Origin: an uncultured Candidatus Actinomarina sp.
Lineage (GTDB): Bacteria > Actinomycetota > Acidimicrobiia > Actinomarinales > Actinomarinaceae
Direction: 5' to 3'
Length of the DNA stretch: 64,000 nucleotides
Assembly (NCBI GenBank): GCA_902619825.1
Contig: CACNFT010000001.1
Span: forward strand, 8,620-72,619
In this document: positions 38,110 through 47,935 of the stretch, one piece after another
Layout: each line of letters starts with the position of its first letter
Numbering within the stretch: position 1 is the first letter of the stretch
The notes under the pieces: generated by a model
Told to the model about the DNA's origin: nothing
Databases searched by the model: none
What the model saw: the letters and a program-made list of their open reading frames with translations, nothing else
Made by a program: the position numbers and the translations under genes

Positions 38110-39263
38110 TCTTTAAATGAATTTGAAATGTCAAATGGATAATTTTCTTTATTGTGTTTATGAAAATTGTTTGATTCTGATAATTCTACAAGGTCGTCAA
38201 CAATATTATCAGATGCTTTCCCATCACCGAATGGTTGAGCCCATTTTGTATCAACCAACTTCATAGCCTTATCTAAGTACCTTTGAAAGTCACTTATCTT
38301 ATCAGATGGATCAAATTTTATAGAAGCGTTAACATCATATACCTCTGGACGCTCTGTTGAGTATCTCATTTGAATAGAAGGTACATTCATAATGCATGCC
38401 TCTTCAACTACTGTACCTGAGTCACTCATTACAAAGGTTGAGTTCTTAAGAAGATACATAAATTCAAGATATCCTAAGGGGTCAATCATCAAAACGTTCG
38501 AATTGAGTTTTAGATCATATGATTTAAGCATTTGTTGAGTTTTGTATCCTGCAGGAAATACTATTTTCATATCAGAAGAATTAAATAAATTTACAATATT
38601 TTTAAGAGAATCGTTGTTTAATATATTCTCTCTCCTATGAGATGTTGCTAATAAGAATTCGTTTTTTCCAATAAAATTTAAAACATTATTATCTAAGCTT
38701 TCATGTCCCGAATCAAAAATATTTTGATTTTCTTGAATAATATCAACTATGGGGTTCCCAGTTACTTTTATTATATCTTCAGAAATTCCCTCATTTAGAC
38801 CTTGCGTCTTGTATGAATCAAGATAAGCATATATCCTGTCTGACAAGTGATCTATAGTTTTTCTGTATTTTTCTTCAGGCATTCTCCAATCGTATGAACG
38901 CATACATCCTTCAATATGAACAATTGGGATATTGTGCTGTGCTGCTCCAATACTACCCATGACCGTATTTGTATCACCAAGAAAAACAACAGCTTGATAC
39001 TTATTGTTTTCTAAGTGATTGAATGTATTTTTAATTACTGAAGAAACTGTTGATGCATCATTAGTAGTATCTATTTCAAATTCAACATCAGGTTTTGGAA
39101 CATTAAGTTGTTTAAAGAAAACATCTTTCATATTCTCGGAATAATGCTGGCCAGACCATATGAAATCATACGTTATATTTTGATTTTCAGACAAAAGTCT
39201 GATAATTTTACTTGCCCTTATAACATCAGGTCTAATTCCTAGAATGATTCCAAGGTCTTTCAT
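38106..39263 (-). CDS. UDP-N-acetylhexosamine 2-epimerase family (second copy, divergent; FnlC/Cap5G-like)
   Basis: 385 aa. GIRPDVIRASK, HIEGCMRSYDWRMPEEKYR, SDSGTVVEE. Confidence 0.7.
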   Translation of the reverse strand: MKDLGIILGIRPDVIRASKIIRLLSENQNITYDFIWSGQHYSENMKDVFFKQLNVPKPDVEFEIDTTNDASTVSSVIKNTFNHLENNKYQAVVFLGDTNTVMGSIGAAQHNIPIVHIEGCMRSYDWRMPEEKYRKTIDHLSDRIYAYLDSYKTQGLNEGISEDIIKVTGNPIVDIIQENQNIFDSGHESLDNNVLNFIGKNEFLLATSHRRENILNNDSLKNIVNLFNSSDMKIVFPAGYKTQQMLKSYDLKLNSNVLMIDPLGYLEFMYLLKNSTFVMSDSGTVVEEACIMNVPSIQMRYSTERPEVYDVNASIKFDPSDKISDFQRYLDKAMKLVDTKWAQPFGDGKASDNIVDDLVELSESNNFHKHNKENYPFDISNSFKE

Positions 39264-40180
39264 ACAAATTCCAATATCTTTTTAGTTCCTTCATATTCAG
39301 CTAATTCAGATATATTGTCTCTTATAGATGGAATTTCTTTGTACCCACCTAATGCCCAAAGTTCTTGGTTAGCTTTTGAATCCAATGTCTTTAATGTTCT
39401 ATCAACTTTGTTGTCTGATAAAACATTATTTATTTCTATATCTTTTGTGAAATATTCTTTAAAAAGATTTAACAGCTCATACTTGTTAACTTTGTTACTT
39501 GGCACTAGGTGTTGCAATTTAATTTGAGTTTGTTCTTTCTTCGTAATACCTAATACAATTTTTGCAAAGTTTAATGTTGTTATGCCATTCCATTCATGAT
39601 CTGTAAATCCATTAACTTCTGATTCATCTGTCCTTAAAAACCAGTTAAGTAGTGACCTTCCCCTACCAGTTTCAGGTCCAACAATACTCGAACGCAGCAA
39701 GGTTTTATTATTACTAGAAACCTCTCCAACAATTTTGGTTTTACCATACACATCTGTGGCGTCTGTCATAGATGTTTCAATATATTCTCCTTCTAATCCA
39801 GAAAATACACAATCTGTTCCAATTTGAATGTAGCTGAAGTTAAAATCCAAACTTGCTTTCGCAATTGTTAATGGAAAAAAGGAGTTTATAGATATTGCAT
39901 TGCTAATTGATTCTTTTGTTTCGGAGATGGTTGGCTTTATTGCTCCTATACAATTTATGACAAAACTAGGATTTGTTAATTTACATAAATCATCAAAGTT
40001 ATCTTTGGTAGGATCAAAGTTAATCTTTTCACCGTTCAATTCACTTATAAATTTATTTTCAGAACGTGATGTAAAAAAAAGATTATCTTTGGAATAATCA
40101 GAAAAAACTAAAGAAACCATTTTTCCTAACATACCTGTTGAGCCAAGTATAAGAAGGTTACTCAAACAGTTCACCTCCAT
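39260..40180 (-). CDS. SDR reductase, RmlD/CapF-N-terminal-like
   Basis: Start tentatively at the ATG at 40180 (MEVNCLSNLLILGSTGMLG); the track ORF begins at 40228. Rossmann GSTGMLG and a YGKTK catalytic pair. Confidence 0.55.
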   Translation of the reverse strand: MEVNCLSNLLILGSTGMLGKMVSLVFSDYSKDNLFFTSRSENKFISELNGEKINFDPTKDNFDDLCKLTNPSFVINCIGAIKPTISETKESISNAISINSFFPLTIAKASLDFNFSYIQIGTDCVFSGLEGEYIETSMTDATDVYGKTKIVGEVSSNNKTLLRSSIVGPETGRGRSLLNWFLRTDESEVNGFTDHEWNGITTLNFAKIVLGITKKEQTQIKLQHLVPSNKVNKYELLNLFKEYFTKDIEINNVLSDNKVDRTLKTLDSKANQELWALGGYKEIPSIRDNISELAEYEGTKKILEFV

Positions 40181-40604
40181 TGCTTGTCCAAGGATCCCAA
40201 TATTTTGAATCAAATCTGTAATCATCATTTAGAGAGTCTTCTAGAGTTGAAGAAGAAAAATACATTATTTTACTATTTTCTTCAAGGTTCATGGCTCCAT
40301 TTGCATAACCCTCTGGAATGGATAGTAAGTCTGAATTTATATCCATTTCGACCATTTCTGGAACAATTGTCTTATCTGGATTTTCCCAATCATCTATTTT
40401 TATTACACCAAGCAAAAACTTACCTGATAATACTTTGATAAGTTTTTTTTCATTTTTATGACCATGCCATGCTCTCACAGTTCCTATTTTTGGATTTGTT
40501 ACTGTATAAAATCTTTTGTAATCACTAAGGTTTAATTCATTAAAAAACTCAACATTTCCTCTGTGGTCTTCAGAAAACCCTCTTTCATATCTTTCTAGGT
40601 TCAA
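40158..40604 (-). CDS. small cupin-fold sugar epimerase/isomerase (RmlC / WxcM / CapF-C-terminal-like)
   Basis: 148 aa. DHRGNVEFF...RAWHGHK...G pattern of sugar-nucleotide cupins. Confidence 0.5.
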   Translation of the reverse strand: MNLERYERGFSEDHRGNVEFFNELNLSDYKRFYTVTNPKIGTVRAWHGHKNEKKLIKVLSGKFLLGVIKIDDWENPDKTIVPEMVEMDINSDLLSIPEGYANGAMNLEENSKIMYFSSSTLEDSLNDDYRFDSKYWDPWTSNGGELFE

Positions 40605-41533
40605 GATACACCAAACTTCTGCAAAAAGTTCTGATTTGAATACCTAGGATCTGTTATGTCCTTTATCCTGTTGTGAAAAATTAAATCATATATCTCATTA
40701 ACTCCATTGATAAGCTCTATTGAAGCTTCAAATCCTGTTTCATCCAATAATTTTTGACTTGATACTTGATAGTTTCTAGCATCCTCAAAGCTCATGGGAG
40801 TCACTTCTACTTCAACATCTTTTACTTTATTTTCTATCTCTCTTGCTATATCGATGATTCTATAGTTCTTATGATGAAGATTGTAAATACCACTTGCATC
40901 AGTGTTTAGACAGTGACTTATTGCATTTGAAACGTCATTTACATGAAGTAGGGGCCTCCATTGCTCACCGCCATAAACACTAATTTTTTTATCTATAAGT
41001 GCTTTTGCTGTAAGAACATTTACTACTAAATCAAGACGTACTCTTGAAAATTCATCACTTATCCCAAATAAAGTTCCAAGCCTAAAAATTAATGCATTTG
41101 CATTTTGCAGATATTCTTCTGCTTTTAATTTAGATGATGCGTATTCAGATAATGGATTTGTATCGGAAGCCTCTGTTAGAACTCCGTCTTGAGCCCCATA
41201 AACCGAACAAGTCGACAAAAATATTATTCTTTTATCATAATTTTCAACAAGATTTTTCACACTTTCAGAATTAATTTCAAAGGTTAGGTCTGGATTAATG
41301 GCACACGCACCATCACCAACTAACGCTGCAAGCCAAACAACAACATCAAAGTTATTTAAAATACTATTTAATTTTGATGTATCCCTTATGTCTCCAAGAA
41401 TAAAATTTACTTTTTTTCGATAAGATGTTTCATAAATTAATGAATCGTAAACAGTAACATCATGTTCTTTAGAAAGCTTATCAACGATTCCTCCTCCAAC
41501 ATATCCGGCACCACCTACAACTAAAATTTTCAT
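40601..41533 (-). CDS. NAD-dependent nucleotide-sugar epimerase/dehydratase (extended SDR)
   Basis: 310 aa. VVGGAGYVGG, STCSVYG, YASSK (YxxxK). Confidence 0.7.
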   Translation of the reverse strand: MKILVVGGAGYVGGGIVDKLSKEHDVTVYDSLIYETSYRKKVNFILGDIRDTSKLNSILNNFDVVVWLAALVGDGACAINPDLTFEINSESVKNLVENYDKRIIFLSTCSVYGAQDGVLTEASDTNPLSEYASSKLKAEEYLQNANALIFRLGTLFGISDEFSRVRLDLVVNVLTAKALIDKKISVYGGEQWRPLLHVNDVSNAISHCLNTDASGIYNLHHKNYRIIDIAREIENKVKDVEVEVTPMSFEDARNYQVSSQKLLDETGFEASIELINGVNEIYDLIFHNRIKDITDPRYSNQNFLQKFGVS

Positions 41534-41576
41534 CTTAAATATAGTATATGTTTGAGTTTTCTAATAAAACAGTATT

Positions 41577-42629
41577 TCAAAATGTAGAATTCTCCTTTTC
41601 ATTAAGATACAGAAAGTAGCTAAAGTAAAAAAACCAAGATACAGAGTGATTTTGTAATAAATCACTTGATAAACTCAATATCAGAAATGCCATAATTGCC
41701 ATAAGATTTGGTGAGTAGTTTGTTAAATCTCTTAATTTAAAAAGACTTAATATAAAATCCTTGAAAATTAATCCGTACAAAAACAGGCCAACAATCCCGT
41801 AATTTAATAGTATGAATAAATATGAATTGTGAGGACCATAAGAAAAAGGATCATCATCAAAGTTTTTGGAATCGAGTACCTCATTTCCTTTTATTACGAA
41901 ATTATCATACCCTCTTCCAAAAATATTATTGATAATTGAATCTTCTGAAACATATTGTAATGTTCCTGATTGCATTTCAACTCTGTCTTGGATACCGCTG
42001 TTATCATCTTGAATGAATCTATCTATTAAGCCAAAATTTACACATATTAATAAAGAGCCAATTAATAATAAAACAGTATTTAGTTTTTTATCTTGAAGCA
42101 TAATTCTAAATAATATAAATAAAACCAAAACAATTAAAGAAAACCGAGAATATGTAAAGAAACATCCAACAATAGAGAATGGAATTATTACACGTAAATA
42201 ACTACTTTCCATCCTGAACATTGAATATATTCCTGTTACGGTAATCAAATCAGCAAAACTGTTTGGCCCCCCCGCCTGAAATCCATTTGTTCTTCCTTTG
42301 ATATATTCAATATCACTTAAATTAATTCCTATATTCCAAGTATGATAGATATCTTTGCCAAGATTTATCGAGAATAAATATGAAAGAATTGAAAACGAAC
42401 TTAAAAACAGAAATATATAGAAAGGAAAAGTGTTTATATAATTTTTTTCACCTATAAGTGATATAAATATAAATAAAAAAAGATAAAATCCAAATCGCAG
42501 GATTTCAGAATGAAATAATTCGCCATTCACAAAAAAATTTTGAATTATTAGATAAAAAATAAAAAATACAAAATACATGTATTTTTCAATTTTTAAGGTG
42601 ACATTTTCAATATTAAAAAGAAGATACAT
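41577..42629 (-). CDS. O-antigen ligase/polymerase family (Wzy_C-type) membrane protein. The reading frame stays open upstream to 42770 with no start codon.
   Basis: 350 aa from the first ATG. Motifs GFQAGGPN, TYSRFS, GPHNSYL, shared with the protein at 53202-55199. 47 further in-frame hydrophobic codons lie upstream. Confidence 0.6.
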   Translation of the reverse strand: MYLLFNIENVTLKIEKYMYFVFFIFYLIIQNFFVNGELFHSEILRFGFYLFLFIFISLIGEKNYINTFPFYIFLFLSSFSILSYLFSINLGKDIYHTWNIGINLSDIEYIKGRTNGFQAGGPNSFADLITVTGIYSMFRMESSYLRVIIPFSIVGCFFTYSRFSLIVLVLFILFRIMLQDKKLNTVLLLIGSLLICVNFGLIDRFIQDDNSGIQDRVEMQSGTLQYVSEDSIINNIFGRGYDNFVIKGNEVLDSKNFDDDPFSYGPHNSYLFILLNYGIVGLFLYGLIFKDFILSLFKLRDLTNYSPNLMAIMAFLILSLSSDLLQNHSVSWFFYFSYFLYLNEKENSTF

Positions 42630-42857
42630 TGCTAATAAAAAAAATAATAAAATTGGTAAGTCATCGGTATGAACAAATCCTGAAATAATGTCGAAGTGAG
42701 GAATTAATGAAATAAAGAATAAAACGTATAAAGGCGAAAAACTTTTAAGCCTATTTATTTTTAATCCCCATCATTTAAGATATTAACCAATAAATACTTA
42801 TAAATAGTATTTAAATCTTTTTAAAGAATAATAATTAGTTTTGTTAGCATGTATTAA

Positions 42858-43841
42858 GTGGATAAAAAAGTAGTAGTTACAGGCTGTTCCGGCTTTATTG
42901 GTTTTCATCTATCAAATTCTCTATTAGAGGCAGATAAACAAGTAATAGGTATTGATTCTTTAAATTCAGCATATGATGTCAAGCTAAAGCAAAAAAGACT
43001 TGAAAAATTGGATAAAAATAATAACTTTATATTTTTTCATAACAATTTAAGTCAAGAGGATAGTCTTAACGAAATAAAGAAATATGATATATCGACAATC
43101 TATCATATGGCGGCAAGAGCAGGAGTAAGACAAAGTTTTTTAGATCCACAAAGCTACATAGAGGATAATACATACGCAACTGCGAATGTTGCTAATTTCT
43201 GTAAAGAAATAGAGATTCCTGAAATAATTCTTGCATCAACATCATCAATTTATGGGGACAGTGGTGAAAATTTAATGGTTGAAGAGAAAGATGAAAAAAT
43301 AAAACCCCCTTCTGTTTATGCAAGTACTAAATTATCTGGGGAATCTTTGTCAAAAATAATTCTTGAAGACACAAATACAAACTTAATAATTTCTAGATTT
43401 TTTACAGTATATGGACCCTATGGAAGGCCAGATATGTCGATTTTAAGATTTATTCATTGGATAATAAGTGAAGAAAAAGTAAAAGTTTTTGGGAATGGAG
43501 AACAGCAAAGATCTTTTACATATATAAAAGATGTTGTCAATGCACTCAGAAGAATGTCGGGTTTAGAAAACTCACATACTTTCAATGTTGGATCAAATAT
43601 TACAGTTTCACTAAACGAAGTTATAAAATTAATTGAGGAATTTTCAGGAAAAAATGCAAATATTGAAAACTTAGAACGTGCATATAAAGATCCTGACGTG
43701 GTTCGTCCAAATTTAGATAAAATAAATGAAGCTATTGGATGGGAGCCGACAACTAAAATACAGGAGGGAATTGAAAAAACAGTTTCATGGTATAAAGAAA
43801 ATGAAGACTATCTGAAAGATTTGGTATATGTCAATGAATAA
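42858..43841 (+). CDS. UDP-glucuronate 4-epimerase-like SDR
   Basis: GTG start, 327 aa. VTGCSGFIG, and DSLNSAYDVKLKQKRL, the N-x-YY-D-x-x-LK-x-x-RL signature of the GlcA 4-epimerase subfamily. YASTK. Confidence 0.7.
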   Translation: MDKKVVVTGCSGFIGFHLSNSLLEADKQVIGIDSLNSAYDVKLKQKRLEKLDKNNNFIFFHNNLSQEDSLNEIKKYDISTIYHMAARAGVRQSFLDPQSYIEDNTYATANVANFCKEIEIPEIILASTSSIYGDSGENLMVEEKDEKIKPPSVYASTKLSGESLSKIILEDTNTNLIISRFFTVYGPYGRPDMSILRFIHWIISEEKVKVFGNGEQQRSFTYIKDVVNALRRMSGLENSHTFNVGSNITVSLNEVIKLIEEFSGKNANIENLERAYKDPDVVRPNLDKINEAIGWEPTTKIQEGIEKTVSWYKENEDYLKDLVYVNE

Positions 43842-44790
43842 AGTAATCGTCACTGGAGGTGCAGGTTTCATTGGTTCGAACCTTGTAGAAAGGTTATTAA
43901 AGGATGGTGCTGAAGAAATACTTATAATTGATGATTTTTCAACCGGAAAGAAGGAAAACCTTCATGACTCCTCAAAAGTACATCTCATTGAATCAAAACT
44001 TGAGGATATAAATGATTTAGAAAGTCAATTTAAGGGGTATGATTTTTGCTTTCATCTAGCAGCTGGCGTAGGCGTTCAATACATAATGGATAATTTGAGT
44101 GATTCATTATTAACTAATATTCAAGGAACTCATATTGTCTTTGAAGCGTGCAAAGAAAACAACATACCTGTGTTAATAACTTCTACTTCAGAGATTTATG
44201 GAACCTCTAAAGAAGAAAGTTGGGATGAAGAAACAAAGAGTTTGATTGGGCCTACGACAAAACTTAGATGGTCATACGCTGTATCAAAAATGATTGATGA
44301 ATTTTTAGCTCTATCTGAATTCGAAGCCGGTAATCTTAAACCAATAATAGTGCGGCTCTTTAATACGATAGGTCCAAATCAGGTTTCTGATTATGGAATG
44401 GTTGTACCAAGATTCGTGGAATCTGCATTAAAAGACGAGGATTTAGTTATCCATGGTGACGGATCTCAAACGAGATCATTTACCTGGGTTGGAGATGTGA
44501 TTGATTACTTTGTGAAACTAGCTGAGTTAAAAAGTTTTGGAGAAATATATAACATTGGTCAAACCGAAGAAATATCGATAAAGAACTTAGCTCAACTAAT
44601 AATTGATACATCGAATTCAAATTCAAAAATTAAGTTTTTAAGTCATAAAGATGTGTTTGGTGATAAGTTTGAAGATCCTACAAGGCGCACACCGAATATA
44701 GATAAAATTGTTAAAGCAACCGGAATTAAACCGGGGTACGATATCCAAACAATGATTAAAGAAATTGTGGAATTTAAAAGACAAGATTAA
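43828..44790 (+). CDS. UDP-glucuronate decarboxylase of the ArnA-C-terminal / UDP-apiose-xylose synthase-like type
   Basis: 320 aa. VTGGAGFIG, TSTSEIYG, GPTTKLRWSYAVSKMIDEF (compare the RW-x-Y-x-x-SK block of ArnA and UAXS). Confidence 0.55.
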   Translation: MSMNKVIVTGGAGFIGSNLVERLLKDGAEEILIIDDFSTGKKENLHDSSKVHLIESKLEDINDLESQFKGYDFCFHLAAGVGVQYIMDNLSDSLLTNIQGTHIVFEACKENNIPVLITSTSEIYGTSKEESWDEETKSLIGPTTKLRWSYAVSKMIDEFLALSEFEAGNLKPIIVRLFNTIGPNQVSDYGMVVPRFVESALKDEDLVIHGDGSQTRSFTWVGDVIDYFVKLAELKSFGEIYNIGQTEEISIKNLAQLIIDTSNSNSKIKFLSHKDVFGDKFEDPTRRTPNIDKIVKATGIKPGYDIQTMIKEIVEFKRQD

Positions 44791-44797
44791 TTAAATT

Positions 44798-45940
44798 ATG
44801 AGGGTATTAGTGACTGTAGGAATATTTCCTCCAGATATTGGTGGACCTGCAACTTTTGTTCCAAAAATTGCAAAATATTTTCAAGATGAACTTAATTATG
44901 AAATAGAAATCTTAACTTTGTCTGATAATAAAAATTCAAATATAAACGATGATTTTAGTGTGAAACGAATTGATAGAAACTTACCAATAATATACCGTTG
45001 GTTAAAAACAATTTTTACTATTTATAAATTGGGGAAGAATAAAGACTTAATATTTGTAAATGGTCTTGGTACAGAAACCACAATTGCCAATACTTTTTTG
45101 AAAAAAAAGATAATAAGAAAAATTGTTGGTGACCCTGTCTGGGAAAGAGCATACAGCAAAGCAAAGATATCAGAAAGCTTTGATGAATTTCAAATTAAAA
45201 ATTATGGATTTTCAATATCGCTCCAAAAGAAGGTGCGAAGCTTTAGCATTAAAAAATCTGATATTGTAGTAACACCATCTAAACACCTGAAAAATTTTAT
45301 TCTAAATTTAGGATTTAAAAACAAAATTGAGATCATAAATAATGGTGTATTTATACCAGAAGAAAATACAAATATATTTACAAATGATCAAATTAATATA
45401 ACTATTGTATCTAGGCTGGTATCGCATAAAAATATTAAAAAAATAATTAGAGCAATATCAGATTTAAATAATCCATTAATTTATTTAAATATTATCGGAG
45501 ATGGGCCTGAGCTAAATCAACTTCAAAAAATTTCATTAGAATCAAATAACAAAGATAATATTATTTTTCATGGGAAACTAAATAGAGATGACATTAATCA
45601 TATTTTTTTGAAAAGTGATATTTACATCCAAGCATCGAATTATGAGGGATTGCCACATTCCTTACTTGAGGCCATGAGTTATGGAATTCCAGTTCTGTGT
45701 ACCCCTGTCGGAGAATGTAAAGAAATATTGGGAAATGAAGATAGAGGATATATATTAGATTTACCCGTATCTAAAAATAATATTAAATCAAAGATTAGTG
45801 AGATTATTGGCGAAAAAAATATTGCAAATAAAAAAGGTGATAGAGGTAAAGATTTTATTTATGAAAAATATAACTTAACAAATTCTTTTAATCTTTATAA
45901 AAATCTTTTTACAAGACTACTTGAGGAAGAATATAAATGA
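44798..45940 (+). CDS. glycosyltransferase family 4
   Basis: 380 aa. FPPDIGGPA N-terminus and E-x7-E (YEGLPHSLLEAMSYGIPV). Confidence 0.7.
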   Translation: MRVLVTVGIFPPDIGGPATFVPKIAKYFQDELNYEIEILTLSDNKNSNINDDFSVKRIDRNLPIIYRWLKTIFTIYKLGKNKDLIFVNGLGTETTIANTFLKKKIIRKIVGDPVWERAYSKAKISESFDEFQIKNYGFSISLQKKVRSFSIKKSDIVVTPSKHLKNFILNLGFKNKIEIINNGVFIPEENTNIFTNDQINITIVSRLVSHKNIKKIIRAISDLNNPLIYLNIIGDGPELNQLQKISLESNNKDNIIFHGKLNRDDINHIFLKSDIYIQASNYEGLPHSLLEAMSYGIPVLCTPVGECKEILGNEDRGYILDLPVSKNNIKSKISEIIGEKNIANKKGDRGKDFIYEKYNLTNSFNLYKNLFTRLLEEEYK

Positions 45941-46998
45941 AAAAAGTGCTTGTATTGAATATATCTACTGATTCCAAAAATACATCTCTGGGATTTGCAA
46001 TATCTTGGTTAAATGCATTTGCAAAAAAATTTGATGAAGTTCATGTCATTAGCTTGAGTAAAGGAAGTGATGATGAACTAGAAAAAAATGTAGTTGTTTC
46101 CTCAGTAGATAATGAACTTGGAAGAATTTCAAAAATAATTAATCTTTATAAATTAATCAATAAGCTAACAAAATCAAATAAATATGAATTCTGCTTGTCT
46201 CATATGTCGTCATTAATGGTGATAATCTCTTCACCAATACTAAAAATAAGAAAAATTAAATCAATATTTTGGTACACACATAAAGGTCCTACTGATTTCG
46301 TAAAAAAAATATTTTTACTAAAAGCATCGATTTATTCCAACAAGATAATAACAGCATCAAAAAATTCATTTCCGTACAAAAGATTTTTCAACAATAAAAG
46401 AAAATTACACGTTATTGGCCATGCAATTAAATTCGATGAGTTTTTCAGAAAAATTAATAGTTTCGATGAAAAAAATTTTGTAATCATATCAAGAATTTCT
46501 AAATCAAAGAAAATTGACGAATCAATATCAGGGTTTCTCAATAGCGAAAAAGGATCTAGTCATAAATTATCAGTTATTGGAGGACCTCTATCATCTGAAG
46601 ATGAAATATATTATCAAAACCTTAAATTAAAATATGCTTCACATGAAAATATAAGTTTTTTGGGAAGTATGCCTCATAAAAACTTAATAAATGAAATTTC
46701 TGATTTTAGTTTTCACATTAATAATACGGAAAAAGGCTTTTATGATAAATCTGTTCTTGAAACAATGTCACATGGACTTGTTAATTTTTATTCTAATTCT
46801 GACTATGACGATCTTATACCAGAAGAATATCTAGATAAATTTAAATTTGATGGAACGCCTGAAAGCCTATCAAAAAAAATCACTGAAATTGGCAATTTAA
46901 AAATAGATGAAATCAATAAAATCATTAATTTTTCACAATCAAAATTAGAAAAGCAGTCTGTTAATAATCTTGTAGATAGAGTTTTGACAATTATTTAG
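45937..46998 (+). CDS. glycosyltransferase (GT-B-like)
   Basis: 353 aa. Weak C-terminal GT1-type motif (DKSVLETMSHGLV). Confidence 0.5.
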   Translation: MKKVLVLNISTDSKNTSLGFAISWLNAFAKKFDEVHVISLSKGSDDELEKNVVVSSVDNELGRISKIINLYKLINKLTKSNKYEFCLSHMSSLMVIISSPILKIRKIKSIFWYTHKGPTDFVKKIFLLKASIYSNKIITASKNSFPYKRFFNNKRKLHVIGHAIKFDEFFRKINSFDEKNFVIISRISKSKKIDESISGFLNSEKGSSHKLSVIGGPLSSEDEIYYQNLKLKYASHENISFLGSMPHKNLINEISDFSFHINNTEKGFYDKSVLETMSHGLVNFYSNSDYDDLIPEEYLDKFKFDGTPESLSKKITEIGNLKIDEINKIINFSQSKLEKQSVNNLVDRVLTII

Positions 46999-47935
46999 AT
47001 AATTGTTCTTCGACCCATGTAATAGTTTTTGCTAATCCTTCATCAAGATTAACTTTTGGCTCCCAATTTAACTTTGTTTTAGCTTTTGTGATATCAGGCT
47101 TACGCTGCTTTGGATCATCATTTGGAAGTTCTAAATATTTTATTTCAGATGTTGAATCTGTTAATTCAATAATCTTTTCTGCTAATTTTCCAACTGTCAT
47201 TTCATTCGGATTACCGATATTGAAAACATCATATTCAGTTGAGTTCATTAGGGAGATAATTCCTGCAACAGTGTCTTCTACGTATGAAAAACTTCTTGTT
47301 TGTGTACCGTCTCCATATATCGTTATATTTTCATTTCTTAATGCTTGAACAATAAAATTTGTTACTACTCTTCCATCATTTAATTGCATTCTTGGACCAT
47401 ATGTATTAAAAATTCTTACAATTTTTGTTTTAAGACCATAAGACCTTGAATAAGTTGCAACTGCTGCCTCTGCAAATCTCTTCGCTTCATCATACATACT
47501 TCTCTCACCATTTGGATTCACATTACCCCAATATTCTTCGTTCTGAGGACTGATCAATGGATCTCCATAAACTTCAGAGGTTGATGCGAGTAAGTATTCT
47601 GCACTATGTTTTTTAGCCAGGCCCAATGTATTAATTGTGCCTACACTTCCAGCTTTGAGGGTATTGACAGGGTGTTCAGTATATGCTTTTGGTGATGCTG
47701 CGCTGGCAAAATGTAAAACATAATCAACCTTATCTTCTATTTCTATATGGTCTTGAACATCTTGCTCAATAAACGAAAAATTTTCATTATCCAGTAAATC
47801 ATTTATATTTTCCGTAGAGCCCGTTAGCAAATTATCAATAACAATAATTTTGTGACCATCATTAATAAGTTTTTCACATAAATAAGATCCTACAAATCCC
47901 GAACCACCAGTAATTACGATATTCATAGTGACCAT
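46991..47935 (-). CDS. uxs: UDP-glucuronate decarboxylase (UDP-xylose synthase)
   Basis: 314 aa (the true start may be MNIVITGG at 47926). STSEVYGDP...EEYWGNVNP.GERS.YDEAKR, RIFNTYGPRM. Confidence 0.85.
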   Translation of the reverse strand: MVTMNIVITGGSGFVGSYLCEKLINDGHKIIVIDNLLTGSTENINDLLDNENFSFIEQDVQDHIEIEDKVDYVLHFASAASPKAYTEHPVNTLKAGSVGTINTLGLAKKHSAEYLLASTSEVYGDPLISPQNEEYWGNVNPNGERSMYDEAKRFAEAAVATYSRSYGLKTKIVRIFNTYGPRMQLNDGRVVTNFIVQALRNENITIYGDGTQTRSFSYVEDTVAGIISLMNSTEYDVFNIGNPNEMTVGKLAEKIIELTDSTSEIKYLELPNDDPKQRKPDITKAKTKLNWEPKVNLDEGLAKTITWVEEQLSK

